This document shows, piece after piece, positions 48,003-57,708 of a stretch of 64,000 nucleotides of DNA (position 1 is its first letter; every line of letters starts with the position of its first letter). The position numbers were made by a program, and so were the translations under genes. The notes beneath the pieces were generated by a model. The model had not been told where the DNA came from and ran no database searches. It saw nothing but the letters and a program-made list of their open reading frames with translations. The stretch spans positions 62,001 to 126,000 of the IMG/VR virus record IMGVR_UViG_3300033145_003233; one strand, written 5' to 3'.

Positions 48003-48725
48003 TTAAAAATCTAATGAGAAATTAATTCCTACAACGATAAAATCACTATCCTCTCCAAAACTTTTGGAGTCCCTTACCTTTTCGCCTATCAGAGATATAT
48101 AGCTGATAGAGGGAGTGATTTTCCAATCATTGACCTCTATAAGAGTGGAGAGGGATAGAACAAAATCATTAAAATTATTTTTATCCTTATCCCAATAGGC
48201 ACTATTATAGTCATTATCTCCCCATCCTACCAATGAACTAATAGTTAAGGGCAAACAACCATTCTCGAAAGTATGCTCTATTCCAACAGATGCATATGTT
48301 CCATCTACCTCGTCTATATCTCTATAGATGGCTATAGAAGGCTTGAGAAAGACATCAAAATTCAAACCGGCATATATCTCCGTTGTGATAGGAGCATCAC
48401 TATGAGGGAAGTCATAGACGATCAGACCCAGAGAATACCCTACACCATCAGATAATTCGTTAGAATAGTCTAGTATCCCATTGATTTCTGTGATGTTCCC
48501 AGATTGGTCATTCTTATTGGTTAAGTCTAAATTACCCCAACCAGTTAATGCCAAGTTTTCCCATTTTGCAGTTATAGATGTTTGGCTAACACCACCATCT
48601 ACCGCCCTTTGACCACGCCATACATAGTCGCTAAAAACACCAGTCGTAAAATTAAAACTGGGTTCTTCAGCCAATATGACATTGGACAAACCGATTAACA
48701 ACATTACAATAAATAACTTCTTCAT
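48003..48725 (-). CDS. Outer-membrane beta-barrel protein (TorF/TIGR02001-like)
   Basis: Signal peptide; SDYVWRGQ motif; alternating beta strands; C-terminal Phe (INFSLDF). Confidence 0.7.
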   Translation of the reverse strand: MKKLFIVMLLIGLSNVILAEEPSFNFTTGVFSDYVWRGQRAVDGGVSQTSITAKWENLALTGWGNLDLTNKNDQSGNITEINGILDYSNELSDGVGYSLGLIVYDFPHSDAPITTEIYAGLNFDVFLKPSIAIYRDIDEVDGTYASVGIEHTFENGCLPLTISSLVGWGDNDYNSAYWDKDKNNFNDFVLSLSTLIEVNDWKITPSISYISLIGEKVRDSKSFGEDSDFIVVGINFSLDF

Positions 48726-48738
48726 TTGTTTCTGCTCC

Positions 48739-49449
48739 TTACAATTCTAATTCTCGCCATTCTTTTATATCGGCAGTTGGACCGCCCAATGCTTTGCCGT
48801 TATTTACTTCAAGTTTCCATTCTCCTCTTTCGTTTAAATGTGCTACAGTGATTATGTCGTCATGCAATTTAACAAGAACAGGAACATCGGGAGATGGTTT
48901 AATAACGCTATTATATTTTTCCCATGTAGGTTTTTCCCTTGCGAGTTCCATCAATGCTCTGACTTCCTTGTACTCTTTATGCTCTCTTTCTCTTTTTTGA
49001 GCTTCTATAAATGTTGGATCACGATGCATCGCTTCGTCAGCGACCGAGCGCCTTCCCCTTTTGGCACTTCTATCAATTGCAGAGGCAGAAGTAGTAGTCT
49101 CCCATTTAAAATCATTTTTTTGGACACGGGAGTAATTGTATGTAGTAGATTTGACTCTTACATATAGATCTCCCTTTTCTCCTACTTTTGGAAGATGATC
49201 GCAGACCAACCTCTCCATCCTGATAATACTTCCATCTGTAAAATTGAGTTGCACTTCATGAAAATGCTTGCTACATGCCTGATCAAAATAATAAATATTT
49301 GATATTTCTCCGGTATGATGTATAGTCCACTCCCACTTTGATGCCGGAGGTTCCTCTTCGAAGCAGCCGCTAACAAGTGTTATTATAAGCATGAAACAAG
49401 TAGTTAAAAAAACCTTGCCGAATATCTTATCTTCAGTTTCTTTCGTCAT
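48739..49449 (-). CDS. Putative lipoprotein
   Basis: Hydrophobic leader ending in VSGC. Confidence 0.55.
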   Translation of the reverse strand: MTKETEDKIFGKVFLTTCFMLIITLVSGCFEEEPPASKWEWTIHHTGEISNIYYFDQACSKHFHEVQLNFTDGSIIRMERLVCDHLPKVGEKGDLYVRVKSTTYNYSRVQKNDFKWETTTSASAIDRSAKRGRRSVADEAMHRDPTFIEAQKREREHKEYKEVRALMELAREKPTWEKYNSVIKPSPDVPVLVKLHDDIITVAHLNERGEWKLEVNNGKALGGPTADIKEWRELEL

Positions 49450-49469
49450 TTTATTGTTCCTTTCTCAAT

Positions 49470-49640
49470 TTACGTTAAATCAGATTTTTCTATTAACAAT
49501 AACAAGGCCCCTAAAGGGCAGTCATCTTTATGCTCACCTGTAAATTGATATTCTCCACAGTGCAAACATCTATTTTCACAATTGGAATATTCCCAATTTC
49601 CCCTATTAGCAAGTTCTAACACTTTTTCTTTTGTAATCAT
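49470..49640 (-). CDS. Small Cys/His protein, not in the ORF track
   Basis: MITKEKVLELANRG...CLHC...HKDDCPLGALL, 56 aa. Confidence 0.5.
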   Translation of the reverse strand: MITKEKVLELANRGNWEYSNCENRCLHCGEYQFTGEHKDDCPLGALLLLIEKSDLT

Positions 49641-49641
49641 A

Positions 49642-50232
49642 TCATCCCTTCTTAGACATATGTTTCTTCATTCCATTCTTATAGAGAATAGAATCACAAA
49701 GCATTGTTAACATTTTTTCAGGGTCAGTCCCCTTCATTTCAGTTCCACCCTTAAGATGCAACCAGTTTCTTACGAGAGTCATAGGATCTATTGGAGGAGG
49801 ATTTTTTTTCAACCTACCATTTATAGAGACTATATCCCAATCAGCACCAGTTACATTATCTCCATCTTCCTCAAGAACATCTTTTCTATAGAGAACAATG
49901 TCCACAAATTTGCATCTTTTCTTAGGTTCTAATATTTTAACTTTTAACTTAGCTGGTTCATGTTCTCTGCCAGGAACCTTCTCCCAACTTGCGGCTAACT
50001 TCATTCCTTCAAACATGGGAAATCCATCATAAGTCCAGAATCTACTAGAGCCGAACATCCCATAAGCATGGACAAGCACAACTCCATCCCTATATCCTGG
50101 AGACCAATCGCCTATATTGAAGCGATATTCAGTCAATGCTATTAAATCTTCCCAGCTTCCCTTAAAAGAAGTAAACTGGGATTCGAAAGTCTGTCTTTTT
50201 ACAAATTCACTTACACCTATAAGGTCTGACAT
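49642..50232 (-). CDS. DUF3228-like protein
   Basis: SEFVKRQ and GYRDGVVLV patterns; WDIVSIN. Confidence 0.6.
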   Translation of the reverse strand: MSDLIGVSEFVKRQTFESQFTSFKGSWEDLIALTEYRFNIGDWSPGYRDGVVLVHAYGMFGSSRFWTYDGFPMFEGMKLAASWEKVPGREHEPAKLKVKILEPKKRCKFVDIVLYRKDVLEEDGDNVTGADWDIVSINGRLKKNPPPIDPMTLVRNWLHLKGGTEMKGTDPEKMLTMLCDSILYKNGMKKHMSKKG

Positions 50233-50582
50233 GCCTTCTCCTTTGTGTTTATTATATTTATTGTATCAATATAGGTGGTATCTCTAAAACACCTATTTGT
50301 CATTATATCATTCCATCTATCTTTGTCTATTCTTAGAGTTATTAATTTGGCATTCGGGTTACAATCATGATTATCATAATAATCTTGATCTTCGAACTCT
50401 AGGAATGTTTCTCCATCATCAAACAATATGAATTCTGCATCAATAATTTTGTTCTTATCTTTATATCTCTTATCATCGAAATTTTTGTCGTAGCCACGGA
50501 CAGCAACTATCTTTTTACCTATTAATAGTTGTTGTATTATATTCTTCCATGCTTCTAATTGTTTGGCTTTAGTTAGTGCCAC
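50217..50582 (-). CDS. Hypothetical protein
   Basis: 121 aa ORF. Confidence 0.55.
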   Translation of the reverse strand: MALTKAKQLEAWKNIIQQLLIGKKIVAVRGYDKNFDDKRYKDKNKIIDAEFILFDDGETFLEFEDQDYYDNHDCNPNAKLITLRIDKDRWNDIMTNRCFRDTTYIDTINIINTKEKACQTL

Positions 50583-50997
50583 GATGTTTTTCCCTTCTAT
50601 CCTTAGTTAAAGCTACTACATCTCTTCCCAGTTGATTTAAAATCCTATCAGTTTTGGCTTTCTCTGCCATATATTTTTTTATTTCTTTATTTAATTTCTT
50701 TATCGCCAAGAAATATTCTTTATCTGTAATCTCGGTTGTTGCTGCTCCTTCAACAATGAACTCTCTACCCCTAGTCATATATCCCGCCCCATACGTCCAT
50801 TTTTCTTTGCCTTCTTTTTCTGCGGCACTATTCCATTTCTCCACCCATTCTTTATCAAGATGGACAGCAACAACGATTTCTCCCATATTAAACTGGCAAG
50901 AAGTTCCATAATATAAAGAAGACATTAGATCACTAACTAGAATTTTAATAAATACCAGTTTATGCCCTTTTTTTGTCTTCACCATATATTTTTTCAC
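50569..50997 (-). CDS. Hypothetical protein
   Basis: 142 aa ORF. Confidence 0.6.
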   Translation of the reverse strand: MKKYMVKTKKGHKLVFIKILVSDLMSSLYYGTSCQFNMGEIVVAVHLDKEWVEKWNSAAEKEGKEKWTYGAGYMTRGREFIVEGAATTEITDKEYFLAIKKLNKEIKKYMAEKAKTDRILNQLGRDVVALTKDRREKHRGTN

Positions 50998-51008
50998 AAT
51001 ATATTCCC

Positions 51009-51269
51009 TTACAAATCCAATATATCAAATCTACTTTCTATTTCATGGGACTCAGGATTCTCTGCCCAATCATCTAAGCCATCTACTTCCTGTTTCCTTC
51101 TCAACAATTCTTCTCTTACCATTTTGATTTTTGAGCGATTTCTAGCTCCTTGCCCGGCATCGCAATCGAAAAACCTAATAACATTTTTTAAATGCTCAGT
51201 CGTCATTTTCCTGACAGGGATTTTACGTCCGTCTTTAGTTGTCCAAATCTGTTCTTCTGCCATTATCAA
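51009..51269 (-). CDS. Hypothetical protein with C-terminal SRFDILDL motif
   Basis: WTTKDGRKIPVRKMTTEHLKN...ESRFDILDL. Confidence 0.6.
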   Translation of the reverse strand: MIMAEEQIWTTKDGRKIPVRKMTTEHLKNVIRFFDCDAGQGARNRSKIKMVREELLRRKQEVDGLDDWAENPESHEIESRFDILDL

Positions 51270-51496
51270 TCAAAATGTGCAAATGTTTTTCCACGAGTAG
51301 GGTGCTTACTAACTGAGTCATTTACCATTTTCCTAAACTTACCTTCTGCTTCTATAATAGCTGCATCACTTACTCTTGTGCAGTCCCAGCCCAACCTATG
51401 GGTTTTACAACGCTCTTTAATATATGCCTTAAGTCCTGCCCGATTTAACAAGCTATTTATTTTCTTTCTCCTCTTCTTTTCCATTTTAATCTCCAT
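51266..51496 (-). CDS. Small basic protein
   Basis: 76 aa ORF. Confidence 0.55.
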   Translation of the reverse strand: MEIKMEKKRRKKINSLLNRAGLKAYIKERCKTHRLGWDCTRVSDAAIIEAEGKFRKMVNDSVSKHPTRGKTFAHFD

Positions 51497-51734
51497 TATT
51501 TTCTTCTGTTAAGACTTCATACGAAAAGTCTTCCAAATCTTCTTTAGCAAAATAGAAATAACCTGTATGTTCTGTCCATATATACAGATATTTTTCATCT
51601 TCTTCTACATAAGCACAAGTCAATTCAAAATATGACTCATCCAAATGCTTTATCTCAACATAGTATTTAAAGTCCTTGTCGCTTCGGAGATCCTTATCCT
51701 TCTTCTCCATAAAAGCTACTATGCTCTGATTCAT
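51486..51734 (-). CDS. Hypothetical protein
   Basis: 82 aa ORF downstream of two promoters. Confidence 0.6.
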   Translation of the reverse strand: MNQSIVAFMEKKDKDLRSDKDFKYYVEIKHLDESYFELTCAYVEEDEKYLYIWTEHTGYFYFAKEDLEDFSYEVLTEENNGD

Positions 51735-51753
51735 ATTCTACTTCCTTATCTAT

Positions 51754-51788
51754 ATTCTATTGTTTGTAATTTTTGATTGTCTGGAAAA
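51754..51788 (-). promoter_or_regulatory. Putative phage promoter class TTTTCCAGACA-N18-TAGAAT
   Basis: CAGACA at 51783-51778, 18-nt spacer, TAGAAT at 51759-51754. Confidence 0.6.
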
Positions 51789-51849
51789 TTAATAAATCAC
51801 TATAACTATTTACATAGTAGGCGGTTATATTTCCTACCAAGTTTCACTC

Positions 51850-51878
51850 ATTATAGCAGAAATGGATTTTTTTGTCAA
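51850..51878 (-). promoter_or_regulatory. Consensus sigma70 promoter
   Basis: TTGACA-N17-TATAAT on the minus strand. Confidence 0.85.
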
Positions 51879-51943
51879 GTGTTTTTTTAGAAGTGAAAAT
51901 AAGAGGTGCAAAATGATATAGGAAGAACTACTCTAATAGCAAC

Positions 51944-52255
51944 TTATCTTCTATGTAAATGGGTTATGGCTCCCCTGTGCTTGCCTATTTGTAATTGTAT
52001 CTTTTTCTTTTGCTCATCTGACAACATAGGATTTTTTAATTGCTCTTCTAGTTCTGCAATAGCATCTTGATTAATATATATTTTACGCCATTTGTCAAAT
52101 CTCTTTTTTCCTCTATCAATAAGAAGCTCTTCTTCATCTTTCTGTCTCCATTTTGATAGCTGATCATCGTCATAATTATCTTCTCCCTTATAATATGACA
52201 TATCTCTATCAGAGGGATAGAGCCAACGATTCTGTGATTTCTTATACCAGTTCAC
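51944..52255 (-). CDS. MNWYK-family protein
   Basis: GTG start overlapping the upstream TGA gives (M)NWYKKSQNRW. Confidence 0.65.
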   Translation of the reverse strand: MNWYKKSQNRWLYPSDRDMSYYKGEDNYDDDQLSKWRQKDEEELLIDRGKKRFDKWRKIYINQDAIAELEEQLKNPMLSDEQKKKIQLQIGKHRGAITHLHRR

Positions 52256-52422
52256 CTGTACGGTTTCCTTAATCTCCCTGTGGGAGTGCATATCCCAACT
52301 CTTACTAAAAGCTCTAAGGCTTTCTCTGGATTGTCCTTCATTTCTTTTCTTTTTTCTCTACACCACTTTTTAAAATTTCTTAATTCTTGTTCTGGTGTAG
52401 GTCTAAATCTGTTTTTGATCAT
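52252..52422 (-). CDS. Small basic hypothetical protein
   Basis: MIKNRFRP...GICTPTGRLRKPYR. Confidence 0.5.
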   Translation of the reverse strand: MIKNRFRPTPEQELRNFKKWCREKRKEMKDNPEKALELLVRVGICTPTGRLRKPYR

Positions 52423-52891
52423 CCCAAAATCTCCATAATTCACCTAAAAATTGATACTGATAAGCAAACTCTTCTGCTTCTCTTTCGTCCATATCGAAGT
52501 TAATTCCTTCTTGTATTCCATGTGCCAACTCATGTAGTATAGACATTTCTAAATCACTTTTCAACTCAGAACCATATTCTGTAGCAATTTCTCTGGTTCT
52601 TTCTATGTCTATAAGGATAACAACCCATGGTTGTGTCCCGCTTATATATCGTGCTATCATCTCCTTTCCATCATTCTGAACAAAACCAACTTTGATATCT
52701 TGAATAAATCCTATTTGTGGTAATAATTCTTTTTTTAATTTGTTTATATATTGTTCTACATATTGGACTATTTGTTGATCTGGGTTGTTATTCATCTCAT
52801 AGTCCCAGTTAGGATCATAATCATGCTCTGCTCCAGGATATTCCCATTTAGGAGATTCTTCAAATTGTTGAGATTTTTTATACCAATTCAT
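52403..52891 (-). CDS. MNWYK-family protein with HExxH metallopeptidase-like motif
   Basis: MNWYKKSQ start; ILHELAHGIQE. Confidence 0.7.
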   Translation of the reverse strand: MNWYKKSQQFEESPKWEYPGAEHDYDPNWDYEMNNNPDQQIVQYVEQYINKLKKELLPQIGFIQDIKVGFVQNDGKEMIARYISGTQPWVVILIDIERTREIATEYGSELKSDLEMSILHELAHGIQEGINFDMDEREAEEFAYQYQFLGELWRFWDDQKQI

Positions 52892-54464
52892 ATTTACCTA
52901 TTTGCTTTTTATTTTTATACCAATTCCCAGTCATAGCAATTGTAGGTTGTGGATTTTGTTGTTTTTCCATTTCTTTTCTTTTTCTCTCTATGTCAAAAAG
53001 TGCTTGAGCACTAGGTATTATGCCTTGTTCTCTATAATCTTTTATTTCATTTAATAAATCTTTTGCAAAACCACCTTCAAGACTTTGCCCTAACCATTCG
53101 TCATGTATATCTGCTTCTGCTTCTTGGAATGCCTCCATAGCTTCTTCATACTCTTCTGGAGTTTCATAATTTTCTTGATGAGGATAATCTAATCCACTTT
53201 CATACTGCATAAAAGTATCTTCTACTTCGTCTATTTGCTTCCATGCCCATCGCTCTACTTCTTGTATGTGTTTCCAGTCTGTTTGTTTTGGATTATTAAC
53301 AATCATATCGTTATATTCTTGGCTGTGCCTTGGCCAACTTTCCAACTCTAGATCTTCTTTCAGAGCAAGATTAACAATAGTTGGAGGAGATTCAGTAATA
53401 TCTCCAGAATATTGATTATCTCTATTTGTGCTTTTTGCCTGAGTTAGAATGCCATCAAGAACTGTTTCTATATCAGAATCAAAAATATATCTTAATCCAT
53501 ATTCATTTTCTGTTCCTTGAAGAATGCTATCTATTGCTCCATTAATATCTGAGATATTTGCACTATCATAAGCATGATAATCTTCTAATTCTTCAAATGA
53601 ATTAATTTCTCTGTTGATTCCTATTTCTTCTCCTCCAGTAGATATCCATTCTTTTATCATGGCTTTAGATGCAGCATCTGGTTCCTGATTTGAGTTACCT
53701 TGAATTTGTTGCCAGCTGCCTGGAGAATATCCACTTGCTCCCCCTATCTCGATTGTAGCATGGGGATGATTTTGAGGATCTCTTAGAGAGTAAATAACAG
53801 TTTCCCCTCTCTCAACATCATTACAATAACTTCCCACACAATGATTCATCTTATTTCCTTCTGCCAATAAATCATTTTCACTTTCTACTCTTTGAATTGT
53901 CCATCCTGCCCATTCCGGGTTTGTCCATTGCGGACCATACTCAATCTGAGCTTTTCTAGTTGGTTCATATTCTTTACCAGTGCCTTGTCCTGCCATCATC
54001 CTGTGCCATTCATCTGAATGCTCTAATGCCTCTTGAAAAGAATAAGAGGATATATCTGGTTTAGGAATAGATCTTTGACTCCAGTCATATATCTCTTGTA
54101 ATTTATTAGAAATAGTATCGAGATTTCTATCTGACAGAAGAGAGTCAGCCTTACTAGGATCTGATATTCTTATTTTTCTAAAATTAACTAAAATCCATTT
54201 TTGTATTTCTGGGAATCTTTTTGCTATTGTTTTTTCTTTAATAGAATAAGGATCTTGTTTCTGAGGAAGTTGCATTTGTTGTAATTCCACAATAGTTAAC
54301 TGAGGATTTTTTCTTACTTCATTTGTAAGAAGTTGAGCAGTTGAAATGTCTAATGATAAAATATAGTTAAGAACATCTTGTCCAACTCCAAGTGTTCCTA
54401 AGTATCTTGCCATGCCTCCTACCGGAGCGGCTTGAGATAATATTGTTTTGAAATACTAATTCAC
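52878..54464 (-). CDS. MNWYK-family PcfJ-like domain protein; probable GTG start with TAG at codon 3 (tracked ORF starts at 54413)
   Basis: SDEWH, LLAEGNKMNHCVGSY, IYSLRD (PcfJ-like); upstream GTG AAT TAG TAT in frame; C-terminal GNWYKNKK. Confidence 0.7.
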
Positions 54465-54937
54465 TATAGCTTAACCTTATGCATAGCCCTAGTGAGCATA
54501 CTATTAATTCGATTAGGAGAATGTCCTTCTCTTTTTAACAGTCGAGTATATTCATTAATGCCTGCCCAATCTTTTTTCACATATAAATCTTTTAATTTAG
54601 CTACAAGCTCCCCTTCTACTACCTCATTATCACTAATAATATCTGTCATAACAGAGGAACCAGGTCTGTGCTCATCCCCCTGCTCTTGGCCTGGATATCG
54701 TGGACCGCGGGCGGCTTCTTTTTTTTCTAATTTCTCTTCCATCTTATCTAATTCTGTATAATAAGTAGGGAATTCTTCCAGATGGTCCATAGCTATATCT
54801 TTAGCAAGCTCTTTATCTTTAGTATGTTCTAATTCTATTTCCTCACCGCGAGAAAGTTCTTTTTGATTAAAATCAGAAGGCTTCTTCTTGTCTGCTAATC
54901 CTCCTGGTAAATTTTTTGCTTGTTTATACCAGTTCAT
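54464..54937 (-). CDS. MNWYK-family protein with DUF5661-like domain
   Basis: MNWYKQAK; GGLAD...IELEHT...IAMDHLEEFPTYY. Confidence 0.7.
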   Translation of the reverse strand: MNWYKQAKNLPGGLADKKKPSDFNQKELSRGEEIELEHTKDKELAKDIAMDHLEEFPTYYTELDKMEEKLEKKEAARGPRYPGQEQGDEHRPGSSVMTDIISDNEVVEGELVAKLKDLYVKKDWAGINEYTRLLKREGHSPNRINSMLTRAMHKVKL

Positions 54938-54945
54938 AATAATCC

Positions 54946-55563
54946 TTACTTATATTTTAGTAAAATATAATTTTGAGTTTCTGTAGGAGAATGTGCTATC
55001 CAATCTTCCCCATATTTTTCCCATGCATTTTTTACATTTCCTATTCCCCAATCATAAGATCCTAACCTTGTTTCAATATTATCAGGTATATTATAATATT
55101 TTAACATTTGAGGGATTCTTTGATTAAGATAATAATCGGCCACTTGGCTACTTTTATTATAATCCATAGATCCATTCCACCAATCCCAGTTTTTCCCCAT
55201 TCTACTCATCATCTCATTCCAAGTTTTTTCTAAAAATTGAAAATGCCCCCTAGCTCCTGCTTTGCTTCTGTCCATATTGGGATCTTGCCCGCTCGATGAT
55301 TCTATCCCCCATATTTTATTAATATCAATATTTATAGGGGCATTTTCTACTTGTTGGACCTGTGGTTCTTGTGGCGCTTGTTTTTCCTGTTGAGCTTGTT
55401 GAACTTGTTGGGTTAATTCTTGAGGATTTTCTTTAATCCGATTTTCAATATCAAAAACAGATACGCCCAATAATAAAGCTATAGCAGGAACAGCCAAAAA
55501 TCCGAAAGCTGTCCATAATCCCTTAGCTTCTTTATTCATTTGTGCTTTTTTGTACCAATTCAT
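54946..55563 (-). CDS. MNWYK-family lytic transglycosylase (SLT/lysozyme-like) with one TM helix
   Basis: MNWYKKAQ; IESS (catalytic Glu), GARGHFQF..KTW, SYDWGIGNV, ETQNY. Confidence 0.8.
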   Translation of the reverse strand: MNWYKKAQMNKEAKGLWTAFGFLAVPAIALLLGVSVFDIENRIKENPQELTQQVQQAQQEKQAPQEPQVQQVENAPINIDINKIWGIESSSGQDPNMDRSKAGARGHFQFLEKTWNEMMSRMGKNWDWWNGSMDYNKSSQVADYYLNQRIPQMLKYYNIPDNIETRLGSYDWGIGNVKNAWEKYGEDWIAHSPTETQNYILLKYK

Positions 55564-57707
55564 TAGGCAGAGATCCTTTTTCTATACCAATTATAACCCA
55601 ACTTCATTAAGACATAAGGTTGTATATCACCAGGAACTTTGTTCATCAATGCCTCAAAATTTGATGGTTGTCTATTTAGCATATTAGCATAATATTGTGC
55701 TGTTTCATCTATCAACTCAGCCGGTAAGTATGTTCTAACATTTTCTGGAACACTCATCCAAAATTGATGAAGCATACCTGGATATCTGCCCTTATTTCTA
55801 GCAAAAGCTTGACCTATATCTGCTCCATAAGTTTTCAAAAGAGCATCTTGAATATCGGGGGTCAAACTTTTCCAATAACCAGGGTCTCTCATAACATGAT
55901 TCTTTTTCTCTTCTAACAGATACCCTACTTGACCTACATCTTGCCCGCCTAAAATATCATTTTTATACTGAGGAGGCACATAGTCCATCCATTCAGGATG
56001 CCTTCTTAAAGCACCTTTAAAAGCTTCTACTATTTGCTCTCTAGTTATTAGCCCCATAGTTACTAATTTTTCCGCTCTTTGTAGTTTATCATATTTTCCG
56101 CGAGCTTGAGAAACAGGGAATTTGGCAAAATCTGCAAGAACATGTTTTTCAATTTCTCCGGCATCAAATAATTGCAAAATTTGAGGAAACATATAATCAA
56201 TATGCTCTGGATTTCTTTGTAATAATTCTGCCCACTCTGTTTTTAGATTATTTAATGGAAAATTCTGTTTAATATCACTAGGTATTCTCTTATCGTTATA
56301 ATGATAAGGATCTTGACCTATATAGTTATGCCATGCTGAAACCTGTTCCTGTTCAGAAAACATTTTCTGGATGTCAGGAGAAAATTCTGGAAAAAGAATA
56401 GGATTATGGTAAAAGGCACTTTTATGAGCTTGTAAAATACGAGGTTTCATATCCCCTAAAGCATTTCTTACTTCCTCTGGAATACGCCTATAATAATCTT
56501 GAAACGATTCAAATTTTCTTAAATATTCATCAGGCTGTACCCCTACTCCCTCTATTTCCAGAAGCCTATCATTTATTTTTATAGAATATCCTTCTTTAGC
56601 AGCCGTTAAAAATTCTGGGAAATTTGCTCTGTTTTTTTCACTTACTGAACGATATTGATTAGGGTCGTCTTTAATTATCCCCATAATATAATTAATTTTT
56701 TCTGTATCACCCTTTTCAATATCAGCATTCATCAACATTGTTTTTTCAAGGGTTTTATATTGAGCACATTCTTTATAGTCTAGGCCGCTTTGTGATAAAA
56801 AGTTAACAACTGGCTCCCAGTAAGGAGTTAGATTTTCATCTTTATTATGATGACCTCTAATTTCAGATACTCTATTCCCGACTAATCTTACCGCCACTGT
56901 AGCCTTACCATCTACTAGATATAACCAAAAATCTCCTTGTGATAGATATGGTCTAGCCTGACCGCATGCTGTACACCATCCAGTTCCTGTGCTAAATCTT
57001 TTTAACTTGTCTGCATTAGCCTCAAAATTTTTAGAATCTGCTGATTTAGATGGAATTCTTATCCACTCTCCACCTTCTTTAGTTCCTATCTTTTCTACAG
57101 ATTTTTTATCTACATCGGAAGCAAGCTTACCATACCTTTTAAGGATATTCATTTGGGTAGAACCTTGAGTAGTTAATTCATCCCATACTAATCCTAGAGC
57201 TTCAGCATTGATAGGTGGAGGAGCAGCCTTTTTTGTTTCGGGAGAACTATCGAAGATGGGTTTAAGAATAGAAAAAGCAAATGCTGGATTTTCTTTGTAT
57301 ATATCATTTTCTTTAGTTAGATATTCCCACCAATCAGAAAATACTTTCTTCTTATCATCATTAACTACTTTTAGAATTTTTTCTTTCGCTCCTTGAGGAT
57401 CTGCCTGATAAATTCTCATAGCTATTTGTACTTCAGGATTATTTGGATCTTGAGCAAACTCTCTTTCCAAATTTATATCTTTTACATAATTGTTGTTATC
57501 TGAAGAAGGGTCTATCTTAGATTGTAGGGAAGGAAGAAATTCAGTTGATATAATGTTTTCTAAATCTTCTTTGGTTTTTATTTTATTCCAGTCAACAAGC
57601 TTTTCATATTTATAGACAAACAACTTGAGAGCAGGATTAGCTATTCCTAACTTATTAATCTTATCTTTAGCACCAGCAAGTTTTGTTAGTTTTTTATGCC
57701 AATTCAT
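55563..57707 (-). CDS. Large MNW(H)K-family protein with GTGWCTA domain
   Basis: MNWHKK start; STGTGWCTA...GDFWLY...EIRG; C-terminal YNWYRKR. Confidence 0.7.
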   Translation of the reverse strand: MNWHKKLTKLAGAKDKINKLGIANPALKLFVYKYEKLVDWNKIKTKEDLENIISTEFLPSLQSKIDPSSDNNNYVKDINLEREFAQDPNNPEVQIAMRIYQADPQGAKEKILKVVNDDKKKVFSDWWEYLTKENDIYKENPAFAFSILKPIFDSSPETKKAAPPPINAEALGLVWDELTTQGSTQMNILKRYGKLASDVDKKSVEKIGTKEGGEWIRIPSKSADSKNFEANADKLKRFSTGTGWCTACGQARPYLSQGDFWLYLVDGKATVAVRLVGNRVSEIRGHHNKDENLTPYWEPVVNFLSQSGLDYKECAQYKTLEKTMLMNADIEKGDTEKINYIMGIIKDDPNQYRSVSEKNRANFPEFLTAAKEGYSIKINDRLLEIEGVGVQPDEYLRKFESFQDYYRRIPEEVRNALGDMKPRILQAHKSAFYHNPILFPEFSPDIQKMFSEQEQVSAWHNYIGQDPYHYNDKRIPSDIKQNFPLNNLKTEWAELLQRNPEHIDYMFPQILQLFDAGEIEKHVLADFAKFPVSQARGKYDKLQRAEKLVTMGLITREQIVEAFKGALRRHPEWMDYVPPQYKNDILGGQDVGQVGYLLEEKKNHVMRDPGYWKSLTPDIQDALLKTYGADIGQAFARNKGRYPGMLHQFWMSVPENVRTYLPAELIDETAQYYANMLNRQPSNFEALMNKVPGDIQPYVLMKLGYNWYRKRISA

Positions 57708-57708
57708 T

